Below, piece after piece: positions 14,651 through 27,631 of a stretch of 64,000 nt of DNA (position 1 is its first letter; each line of letters begins with the position of its first letter). The notes under the pieces are model-generated. The model ran no database searches. It was not told where the DNA came from and saw nothing but the letters and a program-made list of their open reading frames with translations. The stretch covers positions 20,710,001 through 20,774,000 of the forward strand of contig OZ076409.1 of NCBI GenBank assembly GCA_964187785.1, given 5' to 3'. This DNA is from Amphiscolops sp. MND2022 (taxonomy: Eukaryota). A program made the translations under genes and the position numbers.

Positions 14651-17600
14651 GTCAACAGCAGATGGATCAGGAGGTTCAGACGGCTCTGGTGGTGAGATGA
14701 AGTTGCCTCAGCTCAAACGATCAAGAGGGGCTCATCGCGGCGTCTTCACAAGACGGGCAGCAGCAATCCGGCAAGCTGGTGGACCGCTCGAGGATGTTCA
14801 AGCCACATTGGAGTTCCTGATTGATCGTCGCAAGATGCTGACAGAGTTGGATTCGCAGATCCAACAACTCATTGATGACGACGATGAACTAGTAGCCGAT
14901 ATGGAGGAAGCGGCTGACGTGTTCATGGCAGCCAAAAGGGCTGTGAAGTTGTGTCAGGGCAAGATAAAAGAGATGCAGCCTCCAAGCATAAGCGGCGCGG
15001 CGGCTCCATCAAGTGGCAGTCTGACGACCAAGCTCCCCAAGCTGACCCTTCCTTCATTCAGCGGTGAATATACAGATTGGGTCTCTTTCTGGGACCAATT
15101 TACAACCTTGGTTGACAGCAAACGTTACATGACCAATGTTGAGAAGCTATCTTACCTCAAGCTGGCACTGAAGGGTGATGCAGCTCAGATAGTTTCATCT
15201 TTGTTGGTCACTGATACCAATTACGACATCGCCAAGCGTAAGTTAGAGGAGCGCTACAACAACAAGCGATCAATCGTGAAGGCGCACTTGGCGGCAATTC
15301 ATGCCCTACCAGCCATCAAGAAGGAGTCAAGTGTCGAACTGCGCAAGTTACTGGAGTCGACCAATGAACATGTGCAAGCACTAGAAGCCTTAGGGCTTCC
15401 TGTCGATCAATGGCATGCAATACTTGTGTACTGGCTGCTGGAGAAACTTGATGCTGAGTCGAGGAAGCAATTTGAATTGGCTCATCCTGGCACAGATATG
15501 TTAACATTCAAGGAGTTAACTACATTCATGGATAGACGAAGCCGTGCATTGGAATCAAGCGGCGACCAGCATGAGGCTTCCGTCCCCAAGACGACGCCTA
15601 AGAAGGTGCTTCAAGAAGCATACTCCTCAACTGTTGAGCACTCAACGAGTTTTCAGATGAAAGAATGCAGTGGGTCACACTCAATCTCTCAGTGTGATCG
15701 CTACAAGCAGCTGGGCACGCGTGAGAAGAAGGCAGTCGTGAGGAAGCTCAAATTGTGCATGAATTGTCTGGGGCGGCATTTCGTGGCTGATTGTCCATCG
15801 AAATTCAGCTGCCGCACTTGCAACGGGAGGCATCACACATCGCTGCATTTTGATCGTGCTGTCGAGCAGCAAAGTGGTGTGACAAGTGGTGCAACGTTCA
15901 GTGGTCCATCTGTGCTTCTCTCAACAGCAATGGTTGGCATAGACGACACAGCTGGAAAGACATTGATGTTCCGAGCCCTGCTGGACTCTGGGTCTCAAAC
16001 ATCCTTCATCACCGCAGACGCTGCATCAAAACTCAATCTTGCACGTTCAACAGTAGACGTGAAGATCTCTGGGATTGGTGGACGGCAACAAGCAGCCAAG
16101 GAGTCTGTCAGTCTCCTAGTGGGTCCACAAAAGTTGCCTGTTACAGCACTAGTGCTGAACTCAATTGCAGGTAATATACCGTCTCAATCAATTAACTTAA
16201 AACAACTAAAATCAATGAAAAGTGTAGCACTAGCAGACAAAAACTTCCATCAACCTGGCCCCGTTCAATTGCTGTTGGGCGCAGATGTGTACGAAGATCT
16301 CTTTCTGGGCGAGAGGAAGAAGGATCATGGGCTTCACTATCGCAAGTCTATCTTTGGCTGGGTGGTCACTGGAGTGTTGTCCCAAGTGCGTGCCTACCAA
16401 TGTCAATCCTTTCAAGTTGCAGTGGAACTGGACCTTGCTCGCTTCTGGGAAGTTGAAGAGATTCCTCGAGTAAAGCCGATGTCTAAAGAAAATCGTCAAT
16501 GTGAGGAACATTACGATACCACGACATATGTGGCAGATGACGACCGCATCACTGTTCTTCTGCCTTTCAAGTCTCAGGCACGTCCCTCAAACAACTTCCA
16601 AACAGTAAAGCAGAGATTGTTCGCTTTGGAGCGAAAACTCAAGGACCACGGTGATGTGAAGCAACAGTATCGCGACTTCATCAAGGAATTTGTAGACATG
16701 GGTCACTTGGAAGAAGCTCCTCAGACTTCAGGCTTGTGTTACTACTTACCCCATCACTGTGTGTTGAAGGATAGTACAACAACAAAGCTCTGTGTCGTGT
16801 TCGATGCTAGCAGCAAGTCCCCAAATGGCTATTCTCTCAATGACTGCTTGCTGCTTGGACCCCGCTTACAAGACGATGTATTCGACATCCTCATCCGCTT
16901 TCGCCTACACCAATATGCCTTGTCGGCCGATGTCGCAAAAATGTACCGACAAGTGGCTCTAGACGAATCAGATCGTAACTTTCATCGAATTCGGTGGCGT
17001 GACTACGTGACAGATGAGATCCGAGAATTGCGTATGACCCGTGTGACGTACGGTGTTGCCAGCTCCTCCTACCATTCAACCCGAGCACTTCAAGAAAGTG
17101 GCAAAAATCATGGACCCAACCTGAATACAGTGAATGTGATTCTCAATGACTTCTGGGTTGACGATCTACTTAGTGGAGCAGATACATTAGATGAAGCATG
17201 CGTGCTTCAAGACGATCTGATTGAAACCCTCAACAAGAACTGTCTTCCACTACGCAAGTGGAGCAGCAATGAACCCCAATTGGTCACCCGTCTTCCGAAA
17301 GATCTTCAGGAAGCTGGTAAGGCCTATGAAATCAACGACAAAACCCATCAAATCAAAACACTTGGACTGACGTGCCACCCTACAGAGGATCACTTTGTGT
17401 ACGCATGTAGTAGTGAGTATGTTTCAACCATTACAAAACGAACTTTACTCAGTGATTTTTCAAAGCATTTTGATCCAATTGGCCTCATAGCTCCAGTTCT
17501 CGTAGTAGCCAAGACCATCATTCAATCGTGCTGGAAGTTGGATCTCGAGTGGAACGATGCAGTTCCAAATGATGTGTCACGGGCATACACAAACTGGAAA

Positions 17601-18236
17601 GATGACATGGTCTCGCTATCACAACTCAAGATACCCCGGAAGGTGCTACCAATCCACTTGTACGACGAAGCATCCTTGCAAGTCTTTTGTGATGCCTCGG
17701 AAAAGGCATATGGTGCCTGTGTCTATTTGGTGTCAGTAAAAGATGACATCGTCTCCTCAACCCTCATCTCCTCCAAATGCAAGGTGGCTCCGATCAAACC
17801 CTCAACTCTCCCTCGACTCGAGCTCTTGGCAATTCACACTGGTGCCAAACTTGCAACAGCAGTCAAGGGGGCACTATCAAAATCGAAGCACGCATTGAAC
17901 ATCTCTGTGCTGTACTCAGACTCAACAATCGCCCTCGCATGGATCAAGGCAGACCCTGCTCGATGGCATACATTTGTGTCAAACCGCGTGTCCCAAATTC
18001 AGTCAATGCTCCCAACAACTGAATTCATTCATGTACCCTCAGAGAAAAACTCAGCAGATCTGTGCTCACGGGGACTGCTAGCAACGCAATTGGTGGCTCA
18101 GCAGACGTTCTGGTTTCAAGGGCCATCGTGGTTGGGATCATCATTTCCTGACCAACCTCAGACTCTCCTCACAAAGGAGGAAGCCCGCCAAGAAGGCAAA
18201 ACATTGACAGTGCTAACTTCGCCTGTAATTCGTTAG
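14649..18236 (+). CDS. BEL/Pao gag-pol polyprotein (Gag, zinc knuckles, aspartic protease, RT, RNase H)
   Basis: ~1195-aa ORF: KLPKLTLPSFSGEYTDW, CMNC...H...C...CRTC...HH, LLDSGSQ, YYLPHHCV, FWVDDL, FCDASEKAYG, YSDS, NSADLCSRG. Confidence 0.95.
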   Translation: MSTADGSGGSDGSGGEMKLPQLKRSRGAHRGVFTRRAAAIRQAGGPLEDVQATLEFLIDRRKMLTELDSQIQQLIDDDDELVADMEEAADVFMAAKRAVKLCQGKIKEMQPPSISGAAAPSSGSLTTKLPKLTLPSFSGEYTDWVSFWDQFTTLVDSKRYMTNVEKLSYLKLALKGDAAQIVSSLLVTDTNYDIAKRKLEERYNNKRSIVKAHLAAIHALPAIKKESSVELRKLLESTNEHVQALEALGLPVDQWHAILVYWLLEKLDAESRKQFELAHPGTDMLTFKELTTFMDRRSRALESSGDQHEASVPKTTPKKVLQEAYSSTVEHSTSFQMKECSGSHSISQCDRYKQLGTREKKAVVRKLKLCMNCLGRHFVADCPSKFSCRTCNGRHHTSLHFDRAVEQQSGVTSGATFSGPSVLLSTAMVGIDDTAGKTLMFRALLDSGSQTSFITADAASKLNLARSTVDVKISGIGGRQQAAKESVSLLVGPQKLPVTALVLNSIAGNIPSQSINLKQLKSMKSVALADKNFHQPGPVQLLLGADVYEDLFLGERKKDHGLHYRKSIFGWVVTGVLSQVRAYQCQSFQVAVELDLARFWEVEEIPRVKPMSKENRQCEEHYDTTTYVADDDRITVLLPFKSQARPSNNFQTVKQRLFALERKLKDHGDVKQQYRDFIKEFVDMGHLEEAPQTSGLCYYLPHHCVLKDSTTTKLCVVFDASSKSPNGYSLNDCLLLGPRLQDDVFDILIRFRLHQYALSADVAKMYRQVALDESDRNFHRIRWRDYVTDEIRELRMTRVTYGVASSSYHSTRALQESGKNHGPNLNTVNVILNDFWVDDLLSGADTLDEACVLQDDLIETLNKNCLPLRKWSSNEPQLVTRLPKDLQEAGKAYEINDKTHQIKTLGLTCHPTEDHFVYACSSEYVSTITKRTLLSDFSKHFDPIGLIAPVLVVAKTIIQSCWKLDLEWNDAVPNDVSRAYTNWKDDMVSLSQLKIPRKVLPIHLYDEASLQVFCDASEKAYGACVYLVSVKDDIVSSTLISSKCKVAPIKPSTLPRLELLAIHTGAKLATAVKGALSKSKHALNISVLYSDSTIALAWIKADPARWHTFVSNRVSQIQSMLPTTEFIHVPSEKNSADLCSRGLLATQLVAQQTFWFQGPSWLGSSFPDQPQTLLTKEEARQEGKTLTVLTSPVIR

Positions 18237-18241
18237 TAGAC

Positions 18242-19390
18242 TTGGACAATTTCAACTCACTAGTGAAGTTGTTAAGAACACTGTGCATTTGCAAAGTAGC
18301 ATTCAAGGATGATCTCAAGACGATCTTTGGCCGGGAGGAAATGGCTCTCGCCTTGTATGCAGTGGTCAAAGCAGATCAGATGGTACACTTCGAAGCCGAG
18401 TTCAAAGCCCTCTCAAATGGTGACTCGATCAACCCGAAGAGCTCAATAGCACCCCTCTATCCATTCATGGACAACGGCGTCATCAGGGTCGGCGGCAGAT
18501 TGGCCCACGGGTATTCAATGACTGACGATCAGCGGTTCCCTTTACTGGTGTCTCACCGAAGCAAACTGGCCACACTTGCAATCAACGATGCCCACAAACG
18601 AACCCTTCATGGTGGTCCCACAGCAACAGTGGCAGAAATGAGACGGCAAATCTGGGTGACTCAGGCAATGAAGAGGGCGTCAGCGTGCATCAACAAGTGC
18701 GTTACGTGCTTCCGCTTCAACTCAGGGCCAACGCAGCAGCTCATGGGTTACTTGCCCTCAAGTCGCATTGAGGCTCCCGAACGTGCCTTCTCCTGTGTAG
18801 GCCTAGATGTGGAAATGACAGCGTCAAAGGCTATGTAGCTGTTTTTGTATGTTTTGCATCAAAGGCTGTTCACTTAGAAGCAGTATCATCACTGACGTCA
18901 GATGCGATGGTGGCAGCTCTGAGACGATTCATTGCAAGACGAGGCATCCCCGGTCAAATTGTGTCCGACAACGCAACAAACTTCGTGGGTGCAAGGCGTG
19001 ACCTCAACGAATTGGAGAAGATGGCCAAGGCTGGGGCACAATCATACAGCAGCATTGAATGGCTCTTCATTCCTCCTCACTCACCCAACTTCGGCGGACT
19101 ATGGGAAGCAGCGGTGAAGTCGATGAAGCACCACTTGCGTAGAGTCATGGGCAATTCCATTCTCACTTACGAGGAGATAACAACCATTCTATGCCAAATA
19201 GAACAAGTCTTGAACAATCGTCCCTTGATGGCTCTCACAAACAACCCGGATGACATCTTTGCACTGACCCCGTCAATGCTAGTCAATGGCAGCCGATTGG
19301 ATGCTATCCCACAGCCCTGTTTGCAGACGATGGATGCCCGCGGGCATCCAGCAAAACGATTTCGCGCTCTTCAACAGCTACTCTCTCAAG
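18242..19390 (+). pseudogene. Disrupted BEL/Pao integrase
   Basis: Frameshift at ~18235; HHCC (HKRTLH...CVTC); deletion/frameshift after GLD (~18810); VSDNATNF and GLWEAAVK; C-terminus lost after QQLLSQ. Confidence 0.9.
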
Positions 19391-19739
19391 GGGCGAGGGA
19401 GGAGGTTTAGTGTGTAACGAGAAGAATAAAGAAGCCAGCCAATTTTTTAAATTTTTCTGCAGCTGCACACACCCAACTCAATTACCCGAAGTATACCCAA
19501 TCCCTTTATGGACGATGATGGTGCAGTGGTGATTTCAATATTCCCATATTCCCTCATCAGAAGGTCTGGAGTTCGAATCCCCAAAACACAAAATTTTTAT
19601 TTGTCTTCTTTAAACTCAAATTCATGATATTTACTATTTGTATTATTATCGAGTGGTAGCTATTCATATTTATTCAAACTGTATTAGCACGAGTGCTAAC
19701 CATATACTCAATGAAGCTGATACTTCATGGCCGGTGGGA

Positions 19740-20285
19740 TGTTGGCGCATGACATCAAAAAGATCGCGCAGTAATTATTAGTCCACTTAGCACAGTGGAT
19801 CAGTCTTTGCCTTCGAACCGGTCTGTGCGAGTTCGAATCTGCGACAGTGCTCTTTTTAGTTTCTTTGTCTATTTGTTCTTTCACCTTTAAATTTGATCAA
19901 TCACTTTGCTTGACAGCAATTACATTGCTCATTTCATGTACAATATTTACCACCCATTGCTCACTATTGTAAACGTTGTTTTTACATACATGTAAACAAC
20001 CAGTTGAGAGCTTTTTGTTGCCCCTTTGGCTTTAAATGCCTAATTTTCTGGTCAACAACCTGCTAACAACCAGTTCCCCACTATTGTCTCTAAACTCACT
20101 CATATATATTCATACCGTTACCGTGATAAGAAATCGTCAATAAACGTTATCAATCTTAGTCTTCTTGTTTGAGAACAAGACTTCAATCTTTAGCTTGTAC
20201 TCTATCTTTGAGTTCCCTCAATCTATCTAGTTTGAACTCTATCTTTGAGTTTCTCCGTATTAGCTTGAGAGCTACCCCCAAAACA
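19740..20285 (+). repeat. 3' LTR of young BEL/Pao element
   Basis: Matches 14086-14631; preceded by G-rich PPT-like GGCCGGTGGGA. Confidence 0.97.
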
Positions 20286-23200
20286 GTATCGATAAGTTAG
20301 CCATTTCTGTCAAATTCAAACCTGTCAATCAGATTGCGCCATGTGTGATCAGGGTCATGATTGAATTTCTCCATTGAAGTCTCAAACTACCAACTTCCAA
20401 GTTTCAGTGGCTCATAAACAGAATGAAATTCCTTTCGAGATCTCTTCAACACATCAGCAGATTCCAACACACAACTCAGTGCTTCGGAGAAGCTGAACTA
20501 CTTTCGTGCTTGCGTCAAAGGTGCTTCTGCAAAATTATTCAGGTCAATCTTTATCACTGATGCCAACTACAGTATTGTCCAGTGTTCACTGACTGAGAGG
20601 TATGACAATAACTGTAGCATTGTCCACGCCCATCTGAAGGCCACCTGGTCCCAGCCTTTTATCAAGGGACAATCAGCAAGTGGTCTAAGAAAACAAGTGG
20701 AAACAACAAATGAAACTATACGAGCACTCGAGCAGTTAGTGCAAGTGACCAAGACTTGGGACCCTCTTTTGGTCTTCTGTTCTCGGAATTCAGAAAAACA
20801 GTGAGAAATGGACAACCCTGGAACAGAGCCTTTATCATGGATGAAGATGTCAAAAATCCTCCGCACCAGAAGTCAAGCACTTGAGCCCACCGGAGTCGAG
20901 ATGATTTCCACTACCAATTAAACAGAGCCACCTCTCGAAAAGCGAGCTCAAGTCTAAAATGCCTCAACAGTGAGTAGTCAGAAATCCACTCTTGTCCACA
21001 GTTCAAGGGCCAATTCCATATCGATACCGCAGTGTAACATAACAATCGGGCGTGCTTCAGTTGTCTCCAATCTGGGCATAGCGCCTCAAAATGCTCATTC
21101 CAATTCATTTGTCGCGAGTGCAGACAACGACACCACACGTTTCTCCACCGACCCTTGAAGTAAAATCAGGACAAAAAGGAACGTGAAAGGAATATTCAGT
21201 CATCTTCCAGAATCGGCGTCAGCAGACATCTCAGAACCTGAACAGACAGCAGATCAAGTTACATCGACACATGGCAATGCGTGTCCCAATCAAAAATGTG
21301 CTCTTTTTGAATGCTCTTGTGTCAATCAAGGACTCCACTGGCAAAATTGTGAAGCCTCAAGCTTTGCTTGAATCAGGTTTTCAAGCCAGTGTTTTTACAG
21401 AAAAAATGGCCGCAGCTCTGATGATCAAAGTCAAATAAAATCAAGTCGCAATCAACACTTTGTCCGCATCAGGTACGGAAAGACGGAAGATTTTTTCAGT
21501 AACGAGGCTTAACAACACTGTGTGTCGACCTTCACGTCATCCGGATAATAACGAATCAAGTGCCCTCATGTAAAGTCGAAGTCTCTCAATGGCGTCACAT
21601 TCGCAATCTGAAGCTTGTTGATCCAGCATTCAACATTCCTAAAAAATTGATGTACTGCTTGAAGTTGACATCCTCGACGATGCAATGATGGAATTCACAC
21701 ACAAAGATGTTGGTCTATCGGTTTGCCACTCGATCTCGAGTTGGGTAGTGTGGGTCCAGTGAAACCTCTTCAAGAAATTATCATCACCGCTCTTCATATT
21801 GCATTTGAATCCAACTTTGACCATGATCAACTGTTGTATCGTCTTTGGGAAACAGAGAAAATGCCTAAAACGACGTATGTCCTCAGACGAAAGATCATGC
21901 GACGACGAAGAACTCTTCGATCGCACGATTAAAAGAAAGGATGACAGACGTTTCATTGTAGAAATGCCTTTCAAGATGTTCTGCTCACAGCTTGGGCACA
22001 GCAAAACTTCGTCCAGGCGTCGTTTCCTGAAACTTGAACAAAATGTAGTGCGTGATCAATCCCTCAATCAGCCCTTCCATGCATTCATCAAAGATTTCAT
22101 TGATTCAGGTCATCTTGAAAAGGTATCCAATCTAGAAGTGGAGACATCTCGTTATTACTACATTCCTCATCATTGCGTCAGAGGAAAGCATTTCGACAAC
22201 AAAACTTCGAGTTGTCTTTGACACTGGTGCTAACACTAGAAGTGGATTGTCTGTCAATGACTGTTTGCTAGTGGGGTGAAAATCGCAGTATGGCTTGTTC
22301 CACATTCTAACACTGTTTCGTTTTTTTTTCAATGTGGCGAAGTCTGCTGACGTTGCTGAGAAGCACAGACAAGTGGAATTCTGCCCCAAGGACAAAGACA
22401 CACACACACACACTTCTGTGGCGATTTTAGTAACTGGAGCTAATTGACACGTACAGAAAGACACGAGTGACGTATGGTGGGGCTAGCTCTTCATACTACT
22501 TCATTCGCAGCCTCACAGAGGGCGCCAAGTTTGAAGACACTCAGGAATCCGTTAAAGATGCACTCAGAAAAGATTTATATGTGGATGACATCCTGACCGG
22601 TGCCAGTTTGAAGACAGAAGTAGTAGACTGGGAAGGACTCATCAAGACGCTCATTTTGACCTGCGAAAATGGATCAGTGTTTACAAGATCTTGTTTTGAG
22701 ACTCCCACCAGAATACCGTGACATGAATGAAGAATTGAAAATTGTTGATGAGACTCACATATTCGAGACGTTGGGAGTCGTTTGGAATCCTTCCAGCGAT
22801 AAATTTACGTTCACCATATCTCATCTTACAAACGATTTAGATGAAACAAGTATTACCAAGGGAACGATGTTGGGTGAAATTGTCTAAATCTCACCTGGTT
22901 AACCCACTCTGTTGGCTGTCACCAGTTCCACTAGAATCAAAGCACTTGATGCAACAAGTGTGACATTATTGAGTTGATTGTGATCAACAACTTCCAAACG
23001 AAAGGACAACAACCTATATTGATTGGAGCTTTGTGGTGCACTTTTAGGGCAACGATTGCATTCCTCAGTTCGTTCTCCATGGCTACGCTAAACTGAACCT
23101 AGCAACTCTGGAGAGATTTGCCTGGACCGATTCGACCATTGTACTAAGCCAGCTAATGCAGGAACCCAATCACTGGGCAACGTTCGTAGCAACTCGTGTG

Positions 23201-25884
23201 TCGGAGATTCAACAGATTCAGGAATTCTGCTGGAGACATGTCTCAACGCAAGAAAGTTCAGCTGATAGTCTCTCGTGTGCTGAACCTTTCTTTCTTGGCA
23301 GAAAACGAAGTTTGGTTGCTGGCCCCAAATGGCTAACAAATGGACAAACTACAGAGCCTTTTCAACCCCTCGAAACGAAGGAAGAATGTAAGATGACAGC
23401 ATCCTCTACACAAGACTTCAATGCAAACAATTTTCCTGTTAGAAACGTCCGAAGACGTCATCGACTTATCTAGACAGAGTTCATTCAAGAAGGCTTCTCG
23501 AGTCGTCGCTTACAACCCGAGACACTTTAATCAGTCATCAGAAGCTCTCATGAGTCTCTTTCGACAAGAACAGCAGAAATTCTTTGTGGAGGAGATTAAA
23601 ACGTTTGAAACTAATGTCAAAGTGAGAAAGACTAGCAGACTTGTGCAATTCTACATTTTTCTTCATGAAGGTTTCTTGTGTGTGGGAGAACGACCAGGTT
23701 CACGCCACGCTGGAAGATGAAGCTAAATATCCAAGAACTGTTCCCTCAGAGAGTCATCTGACAGAGTTAATCGTTTAAAACTCTCAAAGATTCACCCTTC
23801 ATGGCGGCACGAACCAAGTTTATTCCTATATTAGACAGCACTTTTGGATTCCTGCATCAAAAAAGCTAGTGCGAAAGACACCTATGAATTGTACTAAATG
23901 CTCACGATTCACTTCCAAACCGTCTCATTCTCTCATTGAGATCTCCCAAAACAGCGAGTGGATTTTTACAACCGGGCGTCTCCAAACGTAGGCTTGCGAT
24001 TGCCGGAAGCTCTTTTCATATGCATCACAGGCAGTGCTGTGCATATAGAGGCCTTGTCCGACTTATTAGCTCGAGCTTTGTGCCGATATGTGTCACTATA
24101 AGGAAGTCCTGATACAATATACTCTGCTAATGGCCGTATTTTTGTCGGAGCTCAATCTGAGATCAAGACATTGCAACACTTGCTTCAGAGCGAACATGAG
24201 GATTCTCTACAAGCAGCAGCAGCCGACTTGCAGTAAAAATGGTCTTTCATTCCCCATCGTGCCCCACATTTTGGAGGACTTTGAAGGCGGCAGTCAAGAG
24301 CGCAAAGAAGTATCTGCGTCAAACAATAGGTAAACAAGTCCTTAGCTTCGAAGAACTCTTTACATTGTTCTACGAAATCGGAAACGTACTCAATTCCAGA
24401 CTCATTAGAACAATCTCGGAAGATCCCAAAGATGAAATGCCGATAACACTTGCAGATTTGTGTAGTGTTGGAAAATTGGATTACATTCCCTTGCAAAGCA
24501 GCAGAACGCCATCGAATACAGAAATGTGCTTCCCCATGAAACGATGGGCATTTAGGCAAAATCTATCTTGTGGTTCCTGGACCGCTGGTCTGACAAATAC
24601 GTATCATGTCTTCAAGAAAGACTAAAAAGGAAGTCAGAGAAAGAGATTCCTAAATTCGGGGATATTGTATGCATTACAGTTAACAATACAACGCCATTGC
24701 AATGGCCCATGGGATGTGCAATATATGTGTACAATGGACCTGACAGATTTTTGATATGGAGAATTCAAGGCACGTGGTATGTCTGAAATGGTTTTTAGCT
24801 ACTTCTCGGCACGGAGAAATCGAATCGATACCAAAATTGGCACGGAAACAGATGACTTACCCCTGACTCAGCGCCCATAAAACCTTCACCTATTATTGAG
24901 GTTTAGACAACCGGGTCCGAGCCCCCAAAGTTACGTCCTCTCATAATTCGTGGGGTTTTCGCACACTCAACACTACAATTCGTCCCCCAGAAAAACTTAA
25001 GGTGCGAATTCTCTGTGTGTTTTGACTGTATAACTTGTGGACGTCATACTCTACGTGTACACAGTAATTTGGAACTCTTCCTGTTCTTGAACAGAATTTG
25101 ATGGCAGATACAAAAATGGCTTGTCGACTGTTTAGGCTACAATTGACAAGTAATGATTTCAGCAGATGGTTTTAGCAACTAAAAATTCACCAATACATCA
25201 TTCAACAAGTCAAATTAGTGAAGAAAGGCCTCAATTAAGCATGCTTAATCAATTTAACCTCTCTACTATTGACTACTACTGTGAATTTGTTAACAGACAT
25301 CATTTTTATTGAGATTGGCCATTTCTATCAAAATCAAACCAGCCAATCAGATCGCGTTATGTGTGATCAGTGACTTGGTTGACTTCTCCTTTATCTTGTT
25401 TCATTCTTTGTGCTTGCTTTGACCTCTGAATAGTTGCTTCCGCTCTTTTTTTCCGAAGAAATTCACCGCTTTAAAATTGAAGGTGTCTGGTTTGTCTGGA
25501 ACTTTTTGAGTGGTCCCCCATTGGACGACAGCCAAGGACGTAAATTACGTCTACACATGTCGTCAAACCCACATAAAGCGTCGGCGCGTACACCTAGGAA
25601 ATGCTAATCATTTTTGGTAAACCAATTTGGAGAAGCACGAATCTTCAACTGAAAGAAAACAACGTGGAAAAACAAAGCATATTCCACATCTGACATTTAG
25701 GAATTACAGAAATTGACTCGAGTTGTTGAATTTGTCAACTCTGGAATACAGCAGACGACGTCAAAGGTTGATCGAACTCTTTCAAAATGTCAAGCGACTT
25801 TATGCTTTATGACCCAGCAAATACCGTAGAACTTCCGAGTCAATGAAGATGTAGTAGATGACATTTTTGTAAAATGAGAAGTAG

Positions 25885-26475
25885 ATATGGAACCAGCTTG
25901 TAGAAAACCAGTTTGTAGAATCCAGTTTTTAGAAAAGTGAGGTTCACTTTGTAGATTTTGTTTCTACAAACTGGACAATGGTATTTTTTACGACCAGTTT
26001 GTAGGAAAACCGATCAGTTTGTAAAAAACAGTTTGTAGAATCGAGTTTGTAAATCTTCATTTCAAGAAGAAAACGATAAGACCGATAATGTATGAATGAT
26101 GCAAAGTATCACCCGTATCTGTCCCTACTTCCGCCAGTGCCCCGCGGCCTCTTGGGGCCCTTATGCTTTTCCTTGCTAAGCGAGGTCGATCAGGAGCCAA
26201 GACCCAGCGGGAACGGAGATCGTGAAGCGAACGTAGTGGGAGCTGGCCTTTGCGACGGTCAGGGCGAGCGTGCATACATCGGAAATGCCCCAAATTTGTT
26301 TTTTCATCTTATTTCTTCAGATCTTAGGCGGTGGAGCTCTCGTGATCTTGTGTGAAGGATGTTCAGTTTGTAGAATACAATGATCCAATCTGTAGAAAAC
26401 AATGTACAAACTGGATCACCTAGCACCAGCTTGTAGAATTCTACAAATAGGTATTTCACAAACTGGACCCAATTT
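25885..26475. mobile_element. MITE with CCAGTTTGTAGAA arrays and GC-rich core (duplicate at ~28510-29103)
   Basis: Repeated CCAGTTTGTAGAA / TTCTACAAACTGG motifs flanking a core shared with 39105, 48123 and 63112. Confidence 0.75.
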
Positions 26476-26479
26476 GAAA

Positions 26480-27631
26480 GAAGAAGAACAAGAGGAAGAA
26501 TTTAATTTACTTTGGTGTAGTATGTATAATACAATATAGTATTTACTAAGCTCTCGACTTTCGCATATCTCGTAATGAGGAGGCAAATGTTTTTTTCCTT
26601 GGATGGTGACTTAGTAGTAACGTTTCTCGATACTTCAGAGACTGTCGATGAACTTCCAAACGTATTTGCGGTACATGAAAGATAATCGTTCTATTACTTC
26701 GTGTGAAAATTGATGAGCTCTTATGAGAGAAAAGACTTTCTACATTTTTATCAATTTTGCCTCTTGTTGAATGAACCTCATATTTCAATCGTTTACAAAC
26801 ATAGAGGTCATAAGCATTCATTATACAGCTTCGTTCGAACAGCTCATCGGACGGATAACTTCGGTGTTTGAAAAAGATAATTCGCAGTACTTTCGTTTGC
26901 AGCAGAGTTTGTCCTTCGATTTGTTTTTTATCATGCAACCGCATACTAGAAGACCGAACTGGATCATAGGTTTCATGTATTTGTTATAATACCTGACCAC
27001 TATTGAACTTTTACATATATATTTTAACCGCATGCATTATCACTGATACATGTTTAGCCATTTTACCAAGTACACTTTGAACATGGGCTCCGAAGGTTAG
27101 ATTTTTATCTAGGTGAACGCCCAGATATTTCATGGATTTGATTGGAGATATGGTACTCTTTCCCATTTTCACACATTCATCCCGACAGCTCAAGAAGTGC
27201 ACAAGCTCTGTCTTTCCAATGTGAAGGCTCATTTGATTTTTTTGCTATCTCATCCACAACGTATATGCTCAACTTTATCTTGAAAAGACGAAGTAGCATT
27301 TTTCGGTCGAATATACACACAGTTAGTATCATCTGCGTACAAGAATGGTACGATATCATCACAAGAGCTTAGGTTGGAAAATCTTTGACGAATATTAGGA
27401 ACAATAGCGGGCCTATAATAGATTCTTGTGGTACAGCACACTCAACAGCTAGGGTGCTTGAATACTGATGATTAAGAGCAACGCATTGGGTACGATCATT
27501 GATTTACGACCTGAACCATTCTAAGCCAATACTTCTCACACCATAGCTCTCTTATTTGAACAGTAAGATTTCATGATTCATAGTATCAATATTTTTTCTT
27601 AGGTCTAATAGAATACAGGATACATCAAGAT
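26480..27631 (-). mobile_element. Duplicated 3' part of the LINE at 29105-32750
   Basis: FLYADDT, YLGVHLDKNLTF; part of the tandem duplication. Confidence 0.85.

Larger units (their letters stand above)
14086..20285 (+). mobile_element. Young BEL/Pao LTR retrotransposon with 5-bp TSD GTATC
   Basis: 546-bp LTRs 14086-14631 and 19740-20285 (TGTT...AACA, roughly 96% identical by eye); TSD at 14081-14085 and 20286-20290; gag-PR-RT-RH-IN order. Confidence 0.97.
13554..25390 (+). mobile_element. Older degenerate BEL/Pao LTR retrotransposon: 5' LTR 13554-14085 + 20291-~20372 (split by younger element), internal region ~20375-24779, 3' LTR from 24780
   Basis: Repeat beginning TGTCTGAAATGG at 13554 and 24780; 20291-20370 matches 25310-25390; internal gag LPSFSG, RT YYIPHHCV and LYVDDILTG, RNase H WATFVATRVSEIQ, integrase AAVKSAK...LNSR, C-terminal PLQWPMG; LTR right end uncertain. 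Confidence 0.8.

Noticed and set aside
18225..18245. Programmed frameshift between RNase H and integrase
   Set aside because: No slippery heptamer; BEL/Pao normally has one ORF; other lesions nearby indicate decay
25885..26050. CCAGTTTGTAGAA repeats as a CRISPR or iteron array
   Set aside because: Short, irregularly spaced, in both orientations; explained as MITE subterminal arrays
26057..26355. Recurring small ORFs in the GC-rich core as a peptide gene family
   Set aside because: Starts, stops and frames differ among copies; by-product of GC richness
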